From: an uncultured Clostridia bacterium
GTDB lineage: Bacteria; Bacillota; Clostridia; Oscillospirales; Oscillospiraceae
DNA: 51,091 nt
Assembly: GCA_946539175.1 (NCBI GenBank)
Contig: CAMNHH010000001.1
Location: forward strand, 1-51,091
Direction: 5' to 3'
Notes under the pieces: generated by a model
What the model was told of the DNA's origin: nothing
Database searches by the model: none
The model's input: the letters and a program-made list of their open reading frames with translations, nothing else
Part shown: positions 25,104-33,557 of the stretch, in pieces
Layout: every line of letters starts with the position of its first letter
Numbering within the stretch: position 1 is the stretch's first letter
Program-made: the position numbers and the translations under genes

Positions 25104-25575
25104 GCGCTGGATCTATTTTCTTGTGAACCACGTTTACGCCGGAACTGAGGCCTGGGACAGGAAGCGGCATCTGTTGCGTGCGGCAGGATGGAAGATCGGG
25201 GAAGGGACCCGGATCGTTGGGCCTGTAGCTTGCAGCGCGTCGGTTGAAATCGGCGCCGATTGCTGGATCGGACGGGATTTCAAGGTACACGGGAACGGCT
25301 GTCTGATCATCGGAGACCGCTGCGATCTTGGCCCCGAAACAGCGTTTTTTACCGGCGGACACGTGATCGGCGGCCCGGAACGAAGGGCGGGTGCAGGGGA
25401 GAGCTATACCATACGGATCGGCAGCGGCTGTTGGCTGGGGGGAAGAAGCAGCTTTTTACGGAATGTAACGGTCGGGGAAGCTTCGGTGGTGGCAGCCTGT
25501 GCTTGCGTAACAGAGGACGTTCCGCCGTATACGCTGACCGCCGGAGTTCCGGCCAGAGAGATTCGGAGACTCTGA
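25081..25575 (+). CDS. Hexapeptide-repeat (LbH) O-acetyltransferase
   Basis: Left-handed beta-helix repeats (IGEGTRIVGPV, IGADCWIGRDFKV, IGDRCDLGPE, IGSGCWLGGRS, VGEASVVAA). Overlaps the upstream gene by 23 nt. Confidence 0.85.
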   Translation: MRLKTLHKRWIYFLVNHVYAGTEAWDRKRHLLRAAGWKIGEGTRIVGPVACSASVEIGADCWIGRDFKVHGNGCLIIGDRCDLGPETAFFTGGHVIGGPERRAGAGESYTIRIGSGCWLGGRSSFLRNVTVGEASVVAACACVTEDVPPYTLTAGVPAREIRRL

Positions 25576-25576
25576 T

Positions 25577-26872
25577 ATGGGATTTCATCAACTGAAGCAG
25601 AACCGCATGGCGAAAAACGCGGTCTGGCTAATATTGGGCAAGCTGATCCATATGGTGCTTTCTTTTATGGTGGGTCTGCTCACGGCCAGATATCTGGGGC
25701 CCGCACACTTCGGACTCATTAACTACGCCTCGGCGTATACATCGTTCTTTGCCGCCCTCTGTACCCTTGGCATCAATTCAATCATCGTAAAAAACTTTGT
25801 GGATCATCCCGAGCAGGAAGGGGAGACCGTCGGCACCACGCTCCTGCTGCGGGGATTGTCCAGCCTGCTCAGTGGGCTGATGATCGTCGGGATTGTTTCT
25901 ATCATCGACCGCAACGAGCCGCTGACGCTGACAGTTGTCGCCCTGTATTGCGTGGGACTGCTGTTCCAGATCTATGATACGTTGAACTATTGGTTTCAGG
26001 TCCGCCTGCAATCGAAGTATTATACCTTCGCTACCCTGGCTGCCTACGTCATCGTTTCGGCTTATAAAATCCTGCTGCTCGCGCTGGAGAAAAGCGTAAA
26101 ATGGTTCGCGCTGGCCAACGCCGTAGAATACTTTATCGCGGGGGCCGTTATGCTCTGGCAGTATCGCAGGCGGGGCGGTCCGGGCTTTTCCTGTTCCGTC
26201 GGTAAGGCGAAGCAGCTGCTCCGGGACAGCCACAGCTTTATTATCGCGGGCTTGATGGTCGCCGTCTATGCCAGTACGGACCGGCTGATGCTCAAGCAAA
26301 TGCTGGATGAATCCTCGGTGGCTTATTACGCGCTGGCGGTATCCTTCAGTTCGTCCTGGGGCTTTCTGCTGTCCGCAATCATCGACTCTATGGCGCCGGA
26401 GATCATGCGGATGCACAGCGTGGATCGGCAGGCATATCTCCGTATGAACCGGCAGCTCTATGCCTACGTTTTTTATACCGCCGCTGTCGTATCCCTACTG
26501 GTTTCTCTGTTGGCCCCCTGGCTCATCGTACTCTTATACGGCGAGGCGTTCCGCCCAGCGGTTGCTCCGCTGCGGGTGGTCGTCTGGTACACGGCCTTTT
26601 CTTATCTGGGTGTGGCGAGGAATACCTGGATGGTGTGTGAAAACGCGCAGCGCTGCCTGCAGCTGCTCTATCTGATTGCCGCGCTCATGAACGTGATCTT
26701 GAATCTCGTCCTGATTCCGCTTTGGGGAGCCACCGGCGCCGCGTCGGCTTCGCTCCTGACCCAGATGTCCACCGTGATCGTGATCCCGTTTTTGATAAAA
26801 AACCTGCGTCCGAACGGAAAGCTCATTTTGGACGCGATCTTTCTGAGGAAAATACGGGATAAAAAGAACTGA
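25577..26872 (+). CDS. Wzx-type oligosaccharide flippase (MOP superfamily)
   Basis: 431 aa with about 12-14 TM helices. N-terminal NAVWLILGKLIHMVLSFMVGLLTARYLGPAHFG is typical of polysaccharide biosynthesis protein flippases. Confidence 0.85.
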   Translation: MGFHQLKQNRMAKNAVWLILGKLIHMVLSFMVGLLTARYLGPAHFGLINYASAYTSFFAALCTLGINSIIVKNFVDHPEQEGETVGTTLLLRGLSSLLSGLMIVGIVSIIDRNEPLTLTVVALYCVGLLFQIYDTLNYWFQVRLQSKYYTFATLAAYVIVSAYKILLLALEKSVKWFALANAVEYFIAGAVMLWQYRRRGGPGFSCSVGKAKQLLRDSHSFIIAGLMVAVYASTDRLMLKQMLDESSVAYYALAVSFSSSWGFLLSAIIDSMAPEIMRMHSVDRQAYLRMNRQLYAYVFYTAAVVSLLVSLLAPWLIVLLYGEAFRPAVAPLRVVVWYTAFSYLGVARNTWMVCENAQRCLQLLYLIAALMNVILNLVLIPLWGATGAASASLLTQMSTVIVIPFLIKNLRPNGKLILDAIFLRKIRDKKN

Positions 26873-26887
26873 TTAAGAGAGGTTACT

Positions 26888-27745
26888 ATGACACAGGACG
26901 AATCCCTTGCGCGGGTCAAGCAGATTGAGCTTTCTCTTTTGCGGGATTTTATCGAGCTCTGCAACGCCTTGAACTTGCAATATTTTGCTTTAGGCGGTAC
27001 ACTATTAGGCGCGGTACGTCATGCCGGATTTATTCCCTGGGACGACGATATCGACGTGGGGATGCCCCGAGGCGACTATGAGCGATTACTCACGGAGGCT
27101 CCCGCTCTGCTGCCGGAAAACGATTTTCTGCAGACCTGGCGTACGGATCCCGAATTCCCCGCTAATTTCGCTAAGCTTCGCAGGAGCGGAACCGCTTTTG
27201 TCGAACGCAGCTTGAAAAATCGCAAAATCCACCATGGGATCTATATTGATATTTTTCCGCTGGATTACTGTCCGGCCCCTGGCAGGGCCCGGAAACGCCT
27301 GTTGCTTTACAGCAATCTGCTGCTTCAGCGGCTGAGCTGTCGTTTCTATCATCCCCAAAAAAGCATCAAAATGCGTCTGCGGCAAATAGCTGCCTGCCTG
27401 CTGTTCCCATCCTGTTCCGCCGCCGTTTCCCGACGGGAGCGGCTTCTTTCCCGGAACCCGGAAAGCGATTGGGTCGCCAATTACTGCGGCGCCTGGGGGG
27501 AACGGGAGATCGTTCCAGCAAGCTGGTATGGCCAAGGGCAGGAGCTTTCCTTTGAGGGGCTGCGGCTGCGGGTTCCCTCCGACTACCGTGCCTGGCTGTC
27601 CCAGGTCTACGGCGATTATACGCGCCTGCCGCCCGAATCCGAGCGGCATGGACATCACACCACAGAATATATTGATCCCGATCACGCCTGGCCGGAGCCG
27701 CCAGGCAACGCAAGAGATCCTGACAATAGGAAAAGGAGTCATTAA
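26888..27745 (+). CDS. LicD-family phosphotransferase (copy 2)
   Basis: Motif GGTLLGAVRHAGFIPWDDDIDVGM, same family as 4485-5357. Confidence 0.9.
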   Translation: MTQDESLARVKQIELSLLRDFIELCNALNLQYFALGGTLLGAVRHAGFIPWDDDIDVGMPRGDYERLLTEAPALLPENDFLQTWRTDPEFPANFAKLRRSGTAFVERSLKNRKIHHGIYIDIFPLDYCPAPGRARKRLLLYSNLLLQRLSCRFYHPQKSIKMRLRQIAACLLFPSCSAAVSRRERLLSRNPESDWVANYCGAWGEREIVPASWYGQGQELSFEGLRLRVPSDYRAWLSQVYGDYTRLPPESERHGHHTTEYIDPDHAWPEPPGNARDPDNRKRSH

Positions 27746-28528
27746 ATGGAAACAAAAAGTTTTACAAAGATGGTCTCGCTCTCGGATCTTTGGAGCGTGT
27801 TCACGCAAAGACTTTGGATCATACTGCTTGCTGCTGTTGTGGCGGTGATCGGGACCCGAATCTATGAGACCCATTTCAAAACACCGATGTACGAATCCAC
27901 GGCAACACTTTACATTCTTCGCAGAGACAATGAGGTGGATTACACCTACACCCAATCGGATTTTAAGCTGGCACTGGACGTGGTCAACGATTGCACCTAC
28001 GTTCTGAAAAGCACGGACGTTCTGCTTTCGGTGCAGCAGGCCCTGAATCTGGACATGAGTCTCAACCGTCTGTCCCAGAGCATTACCACGAAAAACCCCG
28101 AAAACACCCGCTTTTTGGAGATCACGGTTTCCAATCCGTCTCCTTCTATGGCAAAGGCGATCGTAGACTGCCTCTGTGACAAGGGATCTGTTCGCATCAC
28201 GGAATCCATGGGTTTTGATCAGGTTAATCTGTATTCCTACGGCAGGATTCCCGGGAATCCCTCCAATATGCTGACTCTCTTTGCCTACGCGATCATCGGT
28301 CTGGGCGTCATGCTGGTGGTGTACAGTATCTTTTTGATGGCGTTTTTCCTGGATGACAAGCTGAAAACCGCTGACGATATCAACAAATATTTGGGCGTCA
28401 GTCTGCTCTCCGAAATCCCGAACGAGGAGAGCAACACCATGAGAAAGAAATACCGGTATCGGGATCGAAGCAAATATCAGTACGCAAGCAGCAAATATAC
28501 AAAACAGAGCACCGGAAAGAGAGGGTAA
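27746..28528 (+). CDS. Wzz/CpsC-type chain-length determinant (tyrosine-kinase transmembrane modulator)
   Basis: Two TM helices flank a periplasmic-type Wzz domain. Sits directly upstream of the CpsD-like kinase. RBS AAAGGAG. Confidence 0.85.
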   Translation: METKSFTKMVSLSDLWSVFTQRLWIILLAAVVAVIGTRIYETHFKTPMYESTATLYILRRDNEVDYTYTQSDFKLALDVVNDCTYVLKSTDVLLSVQQALNLDMSLNRLSQSITTKNPENTRFLEITVSNPSPSMAKAIVDCLCDKGSVRITESMGFDQVNLYSYGRIPGNPSNMLTLFAYAIIGLGVMLVVYSIFLMAFFLDDKLKTADDINKYLGVSLLSEIPNEESNTMRKKYRYRDRSKYQYASSKYTKQSTGKRG

Positions 28529-28529
28529 A

Positions 28530-29213
28530 ATGAAACAGACACAGCTGAAAATCTCCGGAACAGACAATTATTTTACCCAGGAAGCCTTCAACGTCTTTCG
28601 TACGAATCTTCAGTTCTGCGGACAGGATATCAAGGTCATCGTACTGACAAGCTGTACCATGAATGAGGGTAAGTCCTACACTGCACTGCATCTGGGCTAC
28701 AGCCTGGCGGAGATTGGCAAGAGAACGCTCCTGATTGATGCGGATATGAGAAAATCCGTAATGGCAGGAAGAAACTCCGACTCGAAAAACGTAGAGGGGC
28801 TGAGTGAGGTCCTGACCGGACAGGCCGATCTGAAGGACTGCATCTACACGACGCAATTTGAATATCTGCACGTACTGTTTTCCGGTAAATATCCGCCGAA
28901 CCCGGTTGAGCTACTGGAGGGCAAATATTTCAAGGCGCTGCTTTCACAGTCCAGGGAATTCTATGATTACGTGATCGTGGATACGCCGCCTCTTGGCATG
29001 GTGATTGATGCGGCGGTTATCGCCGCTGAAGCAGACGGCGCGGTATTGGTGATCGGCAGCAACCACGCAAAGTATACGCAGGCGCAGGAAGTCCTTTCGC
29101 AATTGCGAAAGGCCGACTGCAACGTTCTCGGCGCTGTATTGAACAATAGCGAAAAGAAAGGGAGCGGCTATTATCGAAAGAAGCACGGTTATGGCTACGG
29201 CTATTATGCCTGA
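28530..29213 (+). CDS. CpsD/CapB-type BY-kinase (protein tyrosine kinase)
   Basis: Walker A-like SCTMNEGKSYT, Walker A' LLIDADMRK, Walker B VIVDTPP, and a C-terminal Tyr cluster GSGYYRKKHGYGYGYYA. Confidence 0.9.
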   Translation: MKQTQLKISGTDNYFTQEAFNVFRTNLQFCGQDIKVIVLTSCTMNEGKSYTALHLGYSLAEIGKRTLLIDADMRKSVMAGRNSDSKNVEGLSEVLTGQADLKDCIYTTQFEYLHVLFSGKYPPNPVELLEGKYFKALLSQSREFYDYVIVDTPPLGMVIDAAVIAAEADGAVLVIGSNHAKYTQAQEVLSQLRKADCNVLGAVLNNSEKKGSGYYRKKHGYGYGYYA

Positions 29214-29226
29214 TCCTCAAATGCCT

Positions 29227-29952
29227 ATGGTATTTGCTGATATTCACTGCCACATTTTGTTCGGTGTGGACGACGGTGCCCGGTCAGAGCAGGAAATGCT
29301 GGAGCTGTTGGACGCAGCCTATCATGACGGCACACGGGAACTCTGCTTTACGCCCCATTATCATCCTGCTTACTTCGGAGCGTCGCCGGAGCAAATCGAC
29401 GCCGCCTTTCAGACAGCCAACGCTTACGTCAGCCAAAAATACCCCGATCTTCATCTGTATCTGGGCAGTGAACTGCGATATGAGCAAAGCTTTTCCGATT
29501 GGCTGAAATCCAAACGCTGCAGGACCTTGAATGGTACAGAGTATCTTTTGGCCGATTTCCTTTCGGGAGATGCGCTGGATATGATCGTTAAGGCCATGCT
29601 GAACGTGATCAACTGCGGTTATCGTCCGGTATTGGCCCACGTAGAACGTTATGAGGCTCTGCAGAAGAGGCAAGAGGAGCTCAGGCAGCTTAAGACCTGG
29701 GGCACCATTTTCCAAATCGACGCACAGTCTCTCCTGGGTGGTTTTGGATATGGGGCAAAAAAACGTAGCCGTCGGTTGCTGGAGGAGGGTATGGTGGATC
29801 TGATCGCCTCTGATGCGCATGACATGCAAAGCCGATCCCCCGATCTGAGGCCATGTTATTACTATATCGTAAAAAAATACGGACAGACCCTTGCCAGGCG
29901 TCTCTTTTATGAGAATCCGATGCACATTCTGCGGGGGGAAGCGTTCCGTTAA
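29227..29952 (+). CDS. CpsB-type PHP-family protein-tyrosine phosphatase
   Basis: FADIHCHILFGVDDGA N-terminal metal motif and a later SDAHD motif. Start ambiguous (29191, 29221 or 29227). Confidence 0.85.
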   Translation: MVFADIHCHILFGVDDGARSEQEMLELLDAAYHDGTRELCFTPHYHPAYFGASPEQIDAAFQTANAYVSQKYPDLHLYLGSELRYEQSFSDWLKSKRCRTLNGTEYLLADFLSGDALDMIVKAMLNVINCGYRPVLAHVERYEALQKRQEELRQLKTWGTIFQIDAQSLLGGFGYGAKKRSRRLLEEGMVDLIASDAHDMQSRSPDLRPCYYYIVKKYGQTLARRLFYENPMHILRGEAFR

Positions 29953-30005
29953 AAGAACGCGGGCAAACTTGGACAAACTTTTCTCAGAAAAAATGTGCGG
30001 AATTG

Positions 30006-30034
30006 TTGAATTTTACATAAAAGTATGGTACTAT
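30006..30034 (+). promoter_or_regulatory. Sigma-A-like promoter of yegP-like gene
   Basis: TTGAAT, 17-nt spacer, TACTAT, about 40 nt upstream of ATG 30077. Confidence 0.5.
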
Positions 30035-30076
30035 AGCTACAGCGAGATATCCTACACTACTTTAGGAGGTAATATC

Positions 30077-30448
30077 ATGGGTAAGTTTGTTATTAAGACC
30101 ACCAAGTCCGGCATCAAGTTCGACCTGAAGGCCACCAACGGCGAGGTCATTGCCACCAGCGAAGTTTATACCACTGAGGCTGCCTGCCGCAAGGGCATCG
30201 AAAGCGTCCGCAACAACGCTCTCTCCGCCGTCGAGGATCAGACCGTGGAGCCCATTGAGGTTCAGAAGCACCCCAAGTACGAGGTCTACCAGGACAAGGC
30301 AGGGGAATATCGCTTCCGTCTGAAGGCCAGAAACGGCGAGATCATTGCCGTCAGCGAAGGCTACGTGAAGAAGCCCAGTTGCCTCAACGGCATCGAGAGC
30401 GTCAAGCGCAATGCCCCTGAGGCCGAGATCGTCAAGATCGAGGAGTAA
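30077..30448 (+). CDS. YegP/UPF0339 (tandem DUF1508) protein
   Basis: ORF trimmed to ATG 30077 after AGGAGGT. Two DUF1508 repeats (FDLKATNGEVIATSEVY and FRLKARNGEIIAVSEGY). Confidence 0.85.
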   Translation: MGKFVIKTTKSGIKFDLKATNGEVIATSEVYTTEAACRKGIESVRNNALSAVEDQTVEPIEVQKHPKYEVYQDKAGEYRFRLKARNGEIIAVSEGYVKKPSCLNGIESVKRNAPEAEIVKIEE

Positions 30449-30464
30449 TCTGAAGCATAAGCAT

Positions 30465-30499
30465 AAAACAAGCTCCCGGTTGATCCGGGAGCTTGTTTT
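30465..30499. terminator. Bidirectional terminator between yegP-like gene and pfkA
   Basis: AAAACAAGCTCCCGG-TTGAT-CCGGGAGCTTGTTTT, a perfect 15-bp stem with A/T runs on both sides, between convergent genes. Confidence 0.8.
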
Positions 30500-30508
30500 A
30501 TGTCAGTT

Positions 30509-31498
30509 TTATTTATGAGATATGCCGGTCATGGCGTGGAGGGTTTCGGCGTCCAGGGGATAGATGGTCTTGGTCATGGCCAGAGCCTCTTCGATGTCGA
30601 TGTCCAGCATGTCGCCGCTCTGCACACAGACCACTCGATTGGCCTTGCCCTCCATCAGGGCCTTGACCGCGTAGTAGCCCATACGGGTGGCGGTAACACG
30701 ATCACGGGCAGTGGGGGCGCCGCCCCGCTGGATATGGCCGAGAATGGTGACCCGGGGATCCAGACCCAAGCCATCGCGAATCTTGTCAGCCACAACGTAG
30801 GCGCCGTTGGCCGCACCCTCGGCCACCACAATCATGTAGTGCGTGAAGCCATTGAGCCGGGCGTTGCGGATCTTCTCGATGACGTCCCGCTCGAAGTCGA
30901 TGTCCTCTTCGGGCACCAGCACAGCGGTGGCGCCGACAGCGATGCCCACGTACATGGCCAGATAACCGGCATTGCGGCCCATGACCTCCACCACTGAGCA
31001 GCGCTCATGGGACTGCATGGTATCCCGCAGCTTGTCGATGCATTCGATGGCGGTATTGGCAGCAGTATCAAAGCCGATGGTATAGCCGGTGGAGGAGATG
31101 TCATTGTCGATGGTGCCGGGAATCCCGATGACGGGAATGCCGTATTTGGAAAGCGCCAGAGCGCCCCGGAAGGTGCCGTCGCCGCCGATGGCGACGATGC
31201 CGTCGATGCCGAAGAGCTTGCAGGTGGCCACAGCCTTTTTCTGGCCCTCCTCGGTCATAAATTCCTTGCTGCGGGCAGAATAGAGTATGGTGCCGCCGCG
31301 GTTGATGATGTGGCTGACGTCGTGGGGGTTGAGTCTCCGAACGTCGCTGTTGATCAGACCGTTCCAGCCGCGATAAATACCGAGACAATCAATACCGAAG
31401 TTGACGCAGGCGCGATAGACAGCGCGCACCGCGGCGTTCATTCCGGGCGCGTCGCCGCCGGAAGTCAGGACTGCGATTCGTTTTACTGCGGAGTTCAT
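30509..31498 (-). CDS. pfkA: ATP-dependent 6-phosphofructokinase
   Basis: RIAVLTSGGDAPGMNAAVRAV, GIPGTIDND and VMGRNAGYLA motifs. ATG 31498 follows GAGGTGA. Confidence 0.93.
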   Translation of the reverse strand: MNSAVKRIAVLTSGGDAPGMNAAVRAVYRACVNFGIDCLGIYRGWNGLINSDVRRLNPHDVSHIINRGGTILYSARSKEFMTEEGQKKAVATCKLFGIDGIVAIGGDGTFRGALALSKYGIPVIGIPGTIDNDISSTGYTIGFDTAANTAIECIDKLRDTMQSHERCSVVEVMGRNAGYLAMYVGIAVGATAVLVPEEDIDFERDVIEKIRNARLNGFTHYMIVVAEGAANGAYVVADKIRDGLGLDPRVTILGHIQRGGAPTARDRVTATRMGYYAVKALMEGKANRVVCVQSGDMLDIDIEEALAMTKTIYPLDAETLHAMTGISHK

Positions 31499-31526
31499 AT
31501 AAATCACCTCGAACGTATTTTACATC

Positions 31527-31536
31527 GTAACGTTAC
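31527..31536. promoter_or_regulatory. Perfect 10-bp palindrome GTAACGTTAC upstream of pfkA (LacI/CcpA-type operator candidate)
   Basis: Lies about 30 nt upstream of the pfkA start, within a TTACTT-16-TAAAAT promoter-like stretch on the minus strand. Resembles LacI-family half-sites but is not a clean cre consensus. Confidence 0.3.
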
Positions 31537-31666
31537 AAAAGTAAATAACCAATCGAAAAAAAATTACGTGAGAGGGTAAGAAAAGACAACTTTCACATAG
31601 ATCATAGTATGGCCTGAACAGAAAACAGACTAATTGAACAAAAATTAAAAAAAATTAAAAAAAACG

Positions 31667-31694
31667 TTGAAAAATCAAGAAATCGGTGTAAAAT
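31667..31694 (+). promoter_or_regulatory. Orphan sigma-A-like promoter preceded by A-tracts
   Basis: TTGAAA, 16-nt spacer, TAAAAT, directly downstream of AAAAATTAAAAAAAATTAAAAAAAA (UP-element-like). No protein gene follows before the next promoter at 31881. Confidence 0.4.
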
Positions 31695-31880
31695 ATGTTC
31701 TGTAATTGCTTGAGGGCAATTGCATATTTACCGCTTTCGGCTGGTGCTGGGGGCGGTTTTTTAAGCCCGGAAAGGGAAGCGGGCAATTGACGCGGCGGAG
31801 AGCGCTTTCGGAGGCGTCCGGCCTCCGATTATCATCGGTTCCACGAACGCAACAAAATAAAAATTTTGTTGCGTTCAGGC

Positions 31881-31909
31881 TTGAAATTTCAACGCAGGGG
31901 CTGTATAAT
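31881..31909 (+). promoter_or_regulatory. Sigma-A promoter of the XerC-like recombinase gene
   Basis: TTGAAA, 17-nt spacer, TATAAT, about 68 nt upstream of ATG 31977. Confidence 0.55.
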
Positions 31910-31976
31910 AGCTTTGTCGGCACCAGCGGAAGCTCTACGCTGCGCACACGCGATTTCAGCCGCTTTTGGAGGTTTT

Positions 31977-32978
31977 ATGGAACGTTATCAGGATTGTCCG
32001 CAGCTGCTGCGGGAGTTCCTTTCTTATCACGAGACCATTAAGGGTCAATCCCAGCGAACCATCTCAGAGTACTACCTGGATCTGCGAATGTTCCTACGCT
32101 TTATGAAGCTGATCAAAAACGAAATGCCCTACGATACGGATCTGGAAACCATTCCCATCAAGGATGTGGATCTCAATTTCATCCGACAGATCAGCGTGAC
32201 GGACATTTACGACTTTTTGTCCTACCTGGCCAACGACCGGATCGTCCACGAGGGCTCCTACTCCGAAAGCCGCGGCATCAGCTCTGCCAGCCGCTTTCGG
32301 AAGCTGTCAGCCATCAAATCCTTCTATAAATATCTGACGGTACGAACCAGGCAGCTCGGTGACAATCCTGTGCAGGATATGGAATATCCCAAGCTCCGAA
32401 AATCGCTGCCCCGGTATCTGACTCTGGAGCAATCCACGGCGCTATTGCACGCTGTGGACGGGCCCAACAGAAAACGGGATTTTGCGATTCTGATGATCTT
32501 CCTGAACTGCGGGATCCGGCGCTCTGAACTGGTCAACTTAAATATAAGTGATATATATGAAGATCGGATCCGCGTGGTGGGAAAAGGCAACAAGGAACGG
32601 ATCGTCTATATGGGCTCTGCCTGCAAGGCTGCCATTGACGCCTATTTAATCGAGCGCAATCAAATTGTTCTGACGGATAACCGGGCCCTGTTCGGTTCCC
32701 GGGATCACAACCGGATCAGCGTCTCCGCGGTCCATCGGCTGGTGAAAAAGCATCTGCTGGAGGCCGGACTGGACAGTTCCACCCTCTCTGCCCACAAGCT
32801 CCGTCACACTGCCGCTACGTTGATGCTGCAGAACGGCGTGGACGTGAAAACTGTCCAGGAGGTACTGGGCCATGAGCATTTGAACACGACGCAGATCTAT
32901 ACCCACATCGAAAACACAGAACTGAAGATTGCTTCCGAAGCGAACCCCCTCTCCAAAATCAAAATTGACGAAATATGA
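31977..32978 (+). CDS. Tyrosine recombinase, XerC/integrase family (333 aa)
   Basis: ORF trimmed to ATG 31977 after GGAGG. SAM-like N-terminal domain (TISEYYLDLRMFLRF). Catalytic blocks NCGIRRSEL, VVGKGNKERIVYM, AHKLRHTAAT, LGHEHLNTTQIYTH. Confidence 0.88.
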   Translation: MERYQDCPQLLREFLSYHETIKGQSQRTISEYYLDLRMFLRFMKLIKNEMPYDTDLETIPIKDVDLNFIRQISVTDIYDFLSYLANDRIVHEGSYSESRGISSASRFRKLSAIKSFYKYLTVRTRQLGDNPVQDMEYPKLRKSLPRYLTLEQSTALLHAVDGPNRKRDFAILMIFLNCGIRRSELVNLNISDIYEDRIRVVGKGNKERIVYMGSACKAAIDAYLIERNQIVLTDNRALFGSRDHNRISVSAVHRLVKKHLLEAGLDSSTLSAHKLRHTAATLMLQNGVDVKTVQEVLGHEHLNTTQIYTHIENTELKIASEANPLSKIKIDEI

Positions 32979-32985
32979 TCCGGAC

Positions 32986-33027
32986 GGAAAGGCGCTGTTT
33001 CCAAGCGATGGGAAACAGCGCCTTTCC
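32986..33027. terminator. Bidirectional terminator between convergent genes
   Basis: GGAAAGGCGCTGTTTCC-AAGCGAT-GGGAAACAGCGCCTTTCC, a 17-bp stem. Confidence 0.8.
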
Positions 33028-33033
33028 TGTTCA

Positions 33034-33522
33034 TTATGCCCAGGGATCATCTTTGGCAGGAGTACGGATATCGGAAAGCAGCATCTGTTCCCAGAGCAGC
33101 CACTGCTCCCCTTTTTGCCGGAGCGTTATGGGACGGGGATTGTCCGCGCCGAAGGACTGCAGCTGCAGCCGGGCATAGCCCTCGTTCTGATAGCTGTAGG
33201 GATCGTCCCGGATCGTTATGGTATAGGGCTGGTCCGGCGTGTAGTTGTTGGCGGGCGACGCGCCCTGGAAGAAGGAATAGGGCTTATACCCCTTCCCTGC
33301 CAGCCGATCCCGCAGAAACTGGATTTCGTAGGTGGACAAGGGGCGGGGGCCCTTCAGGGCGTTCAGCATCTCCACCGCCGCGTTGGGATCCGCTTCATAG
33401 CGGCAGAGCACGGCTACGGTGAGGGCGGCGGTCATAAAGGGATCGGACATGGCGAATTCCGGCAAAGACTTTAGCTCCTCCAGATTTTGCGGGAGAGATT
33501 TGAAAACAAAACTACGTTCCAT
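33034..33522 (-). CDS. Conserved hypothetical protein (162 aa)
   Basis: Intact ORF with clean coding character, downstream of radA. Ends KDDPWA. No family assigned from memory. Confidence 0.65.
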   Translation of the reverse strand: MERSFVFKSLPQNLEELKSLPEFAMSDPFMTAALTVAVLCRYEADPNAAVEMLNALKGPRPLSTYEIQFLRDRLAGKGYKPYSFFQGASPANNYTPDQPYTITIRDDPYSYQNEGYARLQLQSFGADNPRPITLRQKGEQWLLWEQMLLSDIRTPAKDDPWA

Positions 33523-33557
33523 GCGCTTGACCTCCTATGTAAATTTGATCAGATTGC

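Noticed and set aside
29891-30076. Upstream extension of the yegP-like ORF overlapping the cpsB 3' end.
   Set aside because: A promoter (30006-30034) and a strong AGGAGGT RBS precede ATG 30077. DUF1508 homology starts there.
31728-31830. Possible SRP (4.5S/scRNA) gene, suggested by GCCCGGAAAGGGAAGCGGGC and TTGACGCGG resembling the SRP domain IV GGAA-loop region.
   Set aside because: The loop would be a pentaloop with extra A residues. The conserved 5' side of helix 8 and an Alu or closing helix cannot be drawn convincingly. It is kept only as an unnamed sRNA candidate pending cmsearch.
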